DNA from: Alphaproteobacteria bacterium
Lineage (GTDB): Bacteria > Pseudomonadota > Alphaproteobacteria > Bin95
NCBI GenBank assembly: GCA_963665325.3
Contig: CAXXWS020000003.1
Span: forward strand, 1,024,001-1,088,000
DNA length: 64,000 nucleotides
Reading direction: 5' to 3'
The notes under the pieces were generated by a model. The model did no database searches. It was not told where the DNA came from and saw nothing but the letters and a program-made list of their open reading frames with translations. Both the position numbers and the translations under genes were made by a program. Below are positions 60,459 through 64,000 of the stretch, in pieces. Numbering within the stretch: the stretch's first letter is position 1; each line of letters begins with the position of its first letter.

Positions 60459-61188
60459 CGAGATATGCCCTCTCGACCTCGGGGTCGTTGACGATGTCGT
60501 CCGGCGCGCCCTCAGCGATTTTCCGGCCTGCGTCGAGCACGACGATCCGTTCCGAGAAGCGCATCACGGCCCGCATGATGTGCTCGATCATGATGATCGT
60601 GATGCCTTCCTCGTTCAGCCGGAACAGGATTTCGAGGATGTCATCGACCTCAGAGGAGGAAAGGCCGGCCATCGCCTCGTCCGAGATCAGCAGTTCCGGC
60701 TCCGTCGCCATCGCCCGCGCGAGTTCGAGCTTGCGCATGTCGATCTGGGTCAGCTTCCCCGAGTTTTCGCCGGCGCGGTCCGCCAGGCCGATCGTCTCGA
60801 GGATGGACATGCCGCGCTCGGAAATCTCTGCGGGACCGGTATGCGTGGCGTATTCGAGGGGGATGACCAGGTTCTCCAGCACCGTCATCGACCGGAACGG
60901 CTTCGGGATCTGGAACGACCGGGCGATCCCGAGCCGGGTTCGCTCATGCGGCTTGCGGCCGTCCAGCTTCCCGCCCTTGAAGAAGATTTCGCCGCCGTCG
61001 TTCGCGAGCGTCCCGGAGATGCAATTGATCATGGTCGTCTTGCCCGAGCCGTTCGGGCCGATCATTCCGAATCGTTCCCCGGTCCGCACGCCGAGGCTCA
61101 CCTCGTCGAGCGCGGTGAAGCCGCCGAACCGCTTGGTAACCGCGCGCGCATCGAGGAGCACGCCGCGCGCCGCGCCGTCATCCGTCAT
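60451..61188 (-). CDS. Branched-chain-type ABC ATPase (LivG family)
   Basis: GPNGSGKT, ARSFQ, IEHIM, AYLG. Confidence 0.92.
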   Translation of the reverse strand: MTDDGAARGVLLDARAVTKRFGGFTALDEVSLGVRTGERFGMIGPNGSGKTTMINCISGTLANDGGEIFFKGGKLDGRKPHERTRLGIARSFQIPKPFRSMTVLENLVIPLEYATHTGPAEISERGMSILETIGLADRAGENSGKLTQIDMRKLELARAMATEPELLISDEAMAGLSSSEVDDILEILFRLNEEGITIIMIEHIMRAVMRFSERIVVLDAGRKIAEGAPDDIVNDPEVERAYLGE

Positions 61189-62137
61189 CGCCGGCCCTCC
61201 TCCGCCATTTCTTGACCAGCCCGACGATTCCCTCCGGCGCCGCGATCACGAAAAACACGAGCAGCACGCCGACGATGAGCAGGTTGAGCTCCGAGGAGAT
61301 CGTCACCGTCGCGACCTGCTGCACCGTGCCGAGCAGCAGCGCGCCGATGAGGGGCCCGACCCAGGTGGTCGCCCCGCCGATCATCGGCATCGCGATGGAG
61401 TTGACGGCATAGACGAGGTTGAACGCCGACGACGGCTCGACGAACCCGACATAGAGCACGAAAGGCGCCCCGGCGACGCCCATGAGGAAGCCGGAGACCG
61501 TGGTCGCCACGAGCTTCAGCTTCAGCGTCGGCACGCCGGCGCACTCGGCCGCCTCCTCGTCGTCGCGGATCGCGGCGATGCCGCGCCCGGCCTTCGAGCG
61601 CTCGATCCAGCGCGCGGCCGCGACGGCGAAGATCGCAAGGAGGAGCATCACGAAGAACAGGAACTCGATGTAATCGCCGAACGGGGCGATCTCCCGGTCC
61701 CGCAGGATGTAGGCCCCGGTCGCGCCGCCCACATAGTCCCAGTTGATGACGAGGGTCTCCAGGACGATGGCGAGCGCGAGCGTCGCGATGGCGAAGAAGA
61801 CGCCCCGCAGCCGCAGCGTGAGGTAGCCCATGGCGAGCCCGAGGAGCCCGCACACGATTCCCGATACCGGGATCATGAGGAGCAGGGGGGCCTTGAAGAG
61901 GTTGTAGAGCACGACGGAGGTGTAGGCGCCGACCGCGAAGAACCCGGCCGTGCCGAAGTTCACGTAGCCCATATACCCGCCCATGATGTTCCAGGCCGTG
62001 GCGAGCACCACATATTGCAGCACGACATAGCCCGCGAAATAGACGAAGGCGTTGACCGGTACGATGTCGAAGATCGTGAGCGCGGCGCCGAGAAGCGCGA
62101 TGACCGCGGCCCAGAGCCAGAACGAGCCGAGTTTCAT
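61178..62137 (-). CDS. Branched-chain-type ABC permease (LivM family)
   Basis: AWNIMGGYMG, LRLRGVFFAI, AIRDDE. Confidence 0.92.
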   Translation of the reverse strand: MKLGSFWLWAAVIALLGAALTIFDIVPVNAFVYFAGYVVLQYVVLATAWNIMGGYMGYVNFGTAGFFAVGAYTSVVLYNLFKAPLLLMIPVSGIVCGLLGLAMGYLTLRLRGVFFAIATLALAIVLETLVINWDYVGGATGAYILRDREIAPFGDYIEFLFFVMLLLAIFAVAAARWIERSKAGRGIAAIRDDEEAAECAGVPTLKLKLVATTVSGFLMGVAGAPFVLYVGFVEPSSAFNLVYAVNSIAMPMIGGATTWVGPLIGALLLGTVQQVATVTISSELNLLIVGVLLVFFVIAAPEGIVGLVKKWRRRAGDDG

Positions 62138-62152
62138 GGCGCGCGCTCCCGC

Positions 62153-63025
62153 CTACCGGCCGAAGAGGCCCTGCGGCCGGAAGGCGAGCGCAAGGAGCAG
62201 GATGCCGAAGGCGACGGCGGGCGCCCATGACGGGCCGAAAAAGGTCGACACGACGCTCTCCGCAACGCCGAGGACCAGCGCCGCGACGAGGGTGCCGGGG
62301 ATCGAGCCGAGCCCGGCGAGCACGGCAATCGCGAACACCTGGCCGATATAGAGCCGCCCGACGGACGGCTCGATGGGAATGATGATGATGAGAAGGGCGC
62401 CCGCGATCGCCGTCGTCCCGATGCCGATGCCGAAGCCGAGCTGCTTGATCCTGACCGGATCCGCCGCCATGAGCTGGAGGGCGAGGCGGTCCTGCGCGAC
62501 GGCCATGATCGCCCGGCCGTTGAACGTGCGCGACATATAGAGATAGACCGCGCCGAACATGGCGAGCGACACGCAGAAGGGAACCAGCATGCGGGTCGGC
62601 ACCCCGATCCCGCCGATCTTCCAGTTCTGCCCGATATAGGGGGCCTGCACGGAGCGGAAATCGACCCCGTAGGCCATGATGAGGCCGACCTCGATGATGA
62701 ACATGACGCCGAAGAAGAAGGCGAGGCCGCGCAGCGCCTCGGCGTCCTTGCGCTCGAAGCTCTCATAGTAGATCCGGTAGACCCCGACCCCGACGAAGAA
62801 GAACACCGGCGCGAAGACGAGCCCCACCAGGATCGGGTCGAACCCCCACATGCTGTTGCACATATAGGCGATGTAGGAGCCCAGGATGACGAATGCCGGA
62901 TGGGCGATGTTCACGATGTTGAGCTGTCCGAACGCCACGGTGAGGCCGAGGCTCACCGCGGCGTAGAAGCCGCCGAGAAGGACCCCGGCGACGAGCGCGT
63001 TCAGGAGAAGCTCAATTGAGAACAC
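62153..63025 (-). CDS. Branched-chain-type ABC permease (LivH family)
   Basis: GLTVAFGQLNIVNIAH, LAGLGSIPG, RPQGLFG. Confidence 0.92.
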   Translation of the reverse strand: MFSIELLLNALVAGVLLGGFYAAVSLGLTVAFGQLNIVNIAHPAFVILGSYIAYMCNSMWGFDPILVGLVFAPVFFFVGVGVYRIYYESFERKDAEALRGLAFFFGVMFIIEVGLIMAYGVDFRSVQAPYIGQNWKIGGIGVPTRMLVPFCVSLAMFGAVYLYMSRTFNGRAIMAVAQDRLALQLMAADPVRIKQLGFGIGIGTTAIAGALLIIIIPIEPSVGRLYIGQVFAIAVLAGLGSIPGTLVAALVLGVAESVVSTFFGPSWAPAVAFGILLLALAFRPQGLFGR

Positions 63026-63125
63026 CGGCGGATTCGGTCCTTGAATGCTGCGCGCGAGGCCTCACCCCGCGCGGCGCGGAATGAGGCCTCGTTCTCGGAA
63101 TGCGGGCAGGCGCCCGGCCGCGGGC

Positions 63126-64000
63126 CTACTCGGCGTAAGGAACGTTGATGTCTCCCGATTTCCACTCCGCCGGATACAGCACGACGCGCGTTCCCTGCTT
63201 CGTGAAGGTCGCAAGCTCGGTGTCCTCGATGCCCTGATACTGGACCATAAGCACGCGCGTCTTCGCCCACTCGCCGTTCGGCGCGAAGCTCACCTTGCCC
63301 ACCACCGTGTTGAACTCGTTGCCGCGGATGTATTCGCCGATCGCGGCGTGGTCCATGCCGTTTGTGGCCGTGATCGCCTGCCCCAACACCTGGAGATACG
63401 CATAAGCGTAGGGCTGGAGGTAGTAACCCAGCGGATCGACGCCCTTGCCCACCGCCGCTGCCTGGTACTTCTCGAGGAACGCCTCGACACCCTCGAATTT
63501 GAGGGTCGGCTCAGGCACCCAGAAGTCGTAGTTGACGATGCCGTTCAGCTTCGGCCCGAGCGCGGTCATGATCGAGGCGAACTGGAGCCCGACCATGCCG
63601 CCTCCGAACATCCTCGCCTTGAGGCCGACCTCCGTGGCCGCCTTCACCATCCCCACCGAGTCGGGCGGATAGGATGCGACGAACACGATGTCCGGAGTGC
63701 GGGCCTGGATCGCGTTGACGATGGGCGTGTAGTCCGCCGTCCTGGGCGGATAGGACTCGTCATAGACGATCTCGAGCCCGTATTCCTCCGCGTTGACCCG
63801 GGCACCAACCACCGCATTGCGGGCGAACTCCGCATCCGCGCCGACGAGCGCGATGGTCTTCGGCGGCGGATCCTGCGCCGTGGCGAGTTCGAAGAAGCCG
63901 CGGGACCAGTCCGTCATCGGCTTCGGGCCTGCCGGCATGATCTGGAAATAGTTGGGATAGTTGAACTTTTCGTTGACCGCGAGGCCGAACAGGGCCGGAA
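63126..64000 (-). CDS. Branched-chain-type ABC substrate-binding protein (5' part outside the window)
   Basis: Open frame to the window edge; DAEF, ASYPPDS, NTVVG; located upstream of the LivH-like gene. Confidence 0.88.
   Translation of the reverse strand, partial: PALFGLAVNEKFNYPNYFQIMPAGPKPMTDWSRGFFELATAQDPPPKTIALVGADAEFARNAVVGARVNAEEYGLEIVYDESYPPRTADYTPIVNAIQARTPDIVFVASYPPDSVGMVKAATEVGLKARMFGGGMVGLQFASIMTALGPKLNGIVNYDFWVPEPTLKFEGVEAFLEKYQAAAVGKGVDPLGYYLQPYAYAYLQVLGQAITATNGMDHAAIGEYIRGNEFNTVVGKVSFAPNGEWAKTRVLMVQYQGIEDTELATFTKQGTRVVLYPAEWKSGDINVPYAE

Overview
High-GC bacterial chromosome segment, most likely alphaproteobacterial (ftsK-lolA pair, Aap/Bzt amino-acid ABC system, TRAP transporters). 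It consists mainly of catabolic and transport genes. The first ~6.5 kb is one end of an integrative element carrying two intact tandem arm-type tyrosine integrases, relics of a second integrase pair, two uncharacterised lipoproteins and a secreted EEP nuclease/phosphatase. The element appears to have truncated an isochorismatase-family gene at ~6529. The clearest structure is a three-level nest at 37936-39675. An ISAs1-like MITE with a 10-bp target duplication splits an ATGA gene overlap and carries an inverted REP pair. An intact IS1111-type (IS110 superfamily) element has inserted into one REP, and its non-coding end holds short segments matching both halves of that REP target and its own end, as expected for a bridge/seek RNA. 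Other points: two IS1202/ISNCY-like left-end relics, each just upstream of a solute-binding-protein gene; an 850-bp structured intergenic region with a strong promoter-like site but no clear gene; a nonsense-interrupted TauD gene; an FAD monooxygenase with no canonical start codon; and orphan catabolic clusters (Rieske plus glutamine-synthetase-like; CoxMSL-like plus PuuE-like plus LLM). No rRNA, tRNA or CRISPR array was seen. All calls come from reading motifs by eye; no database search was run.
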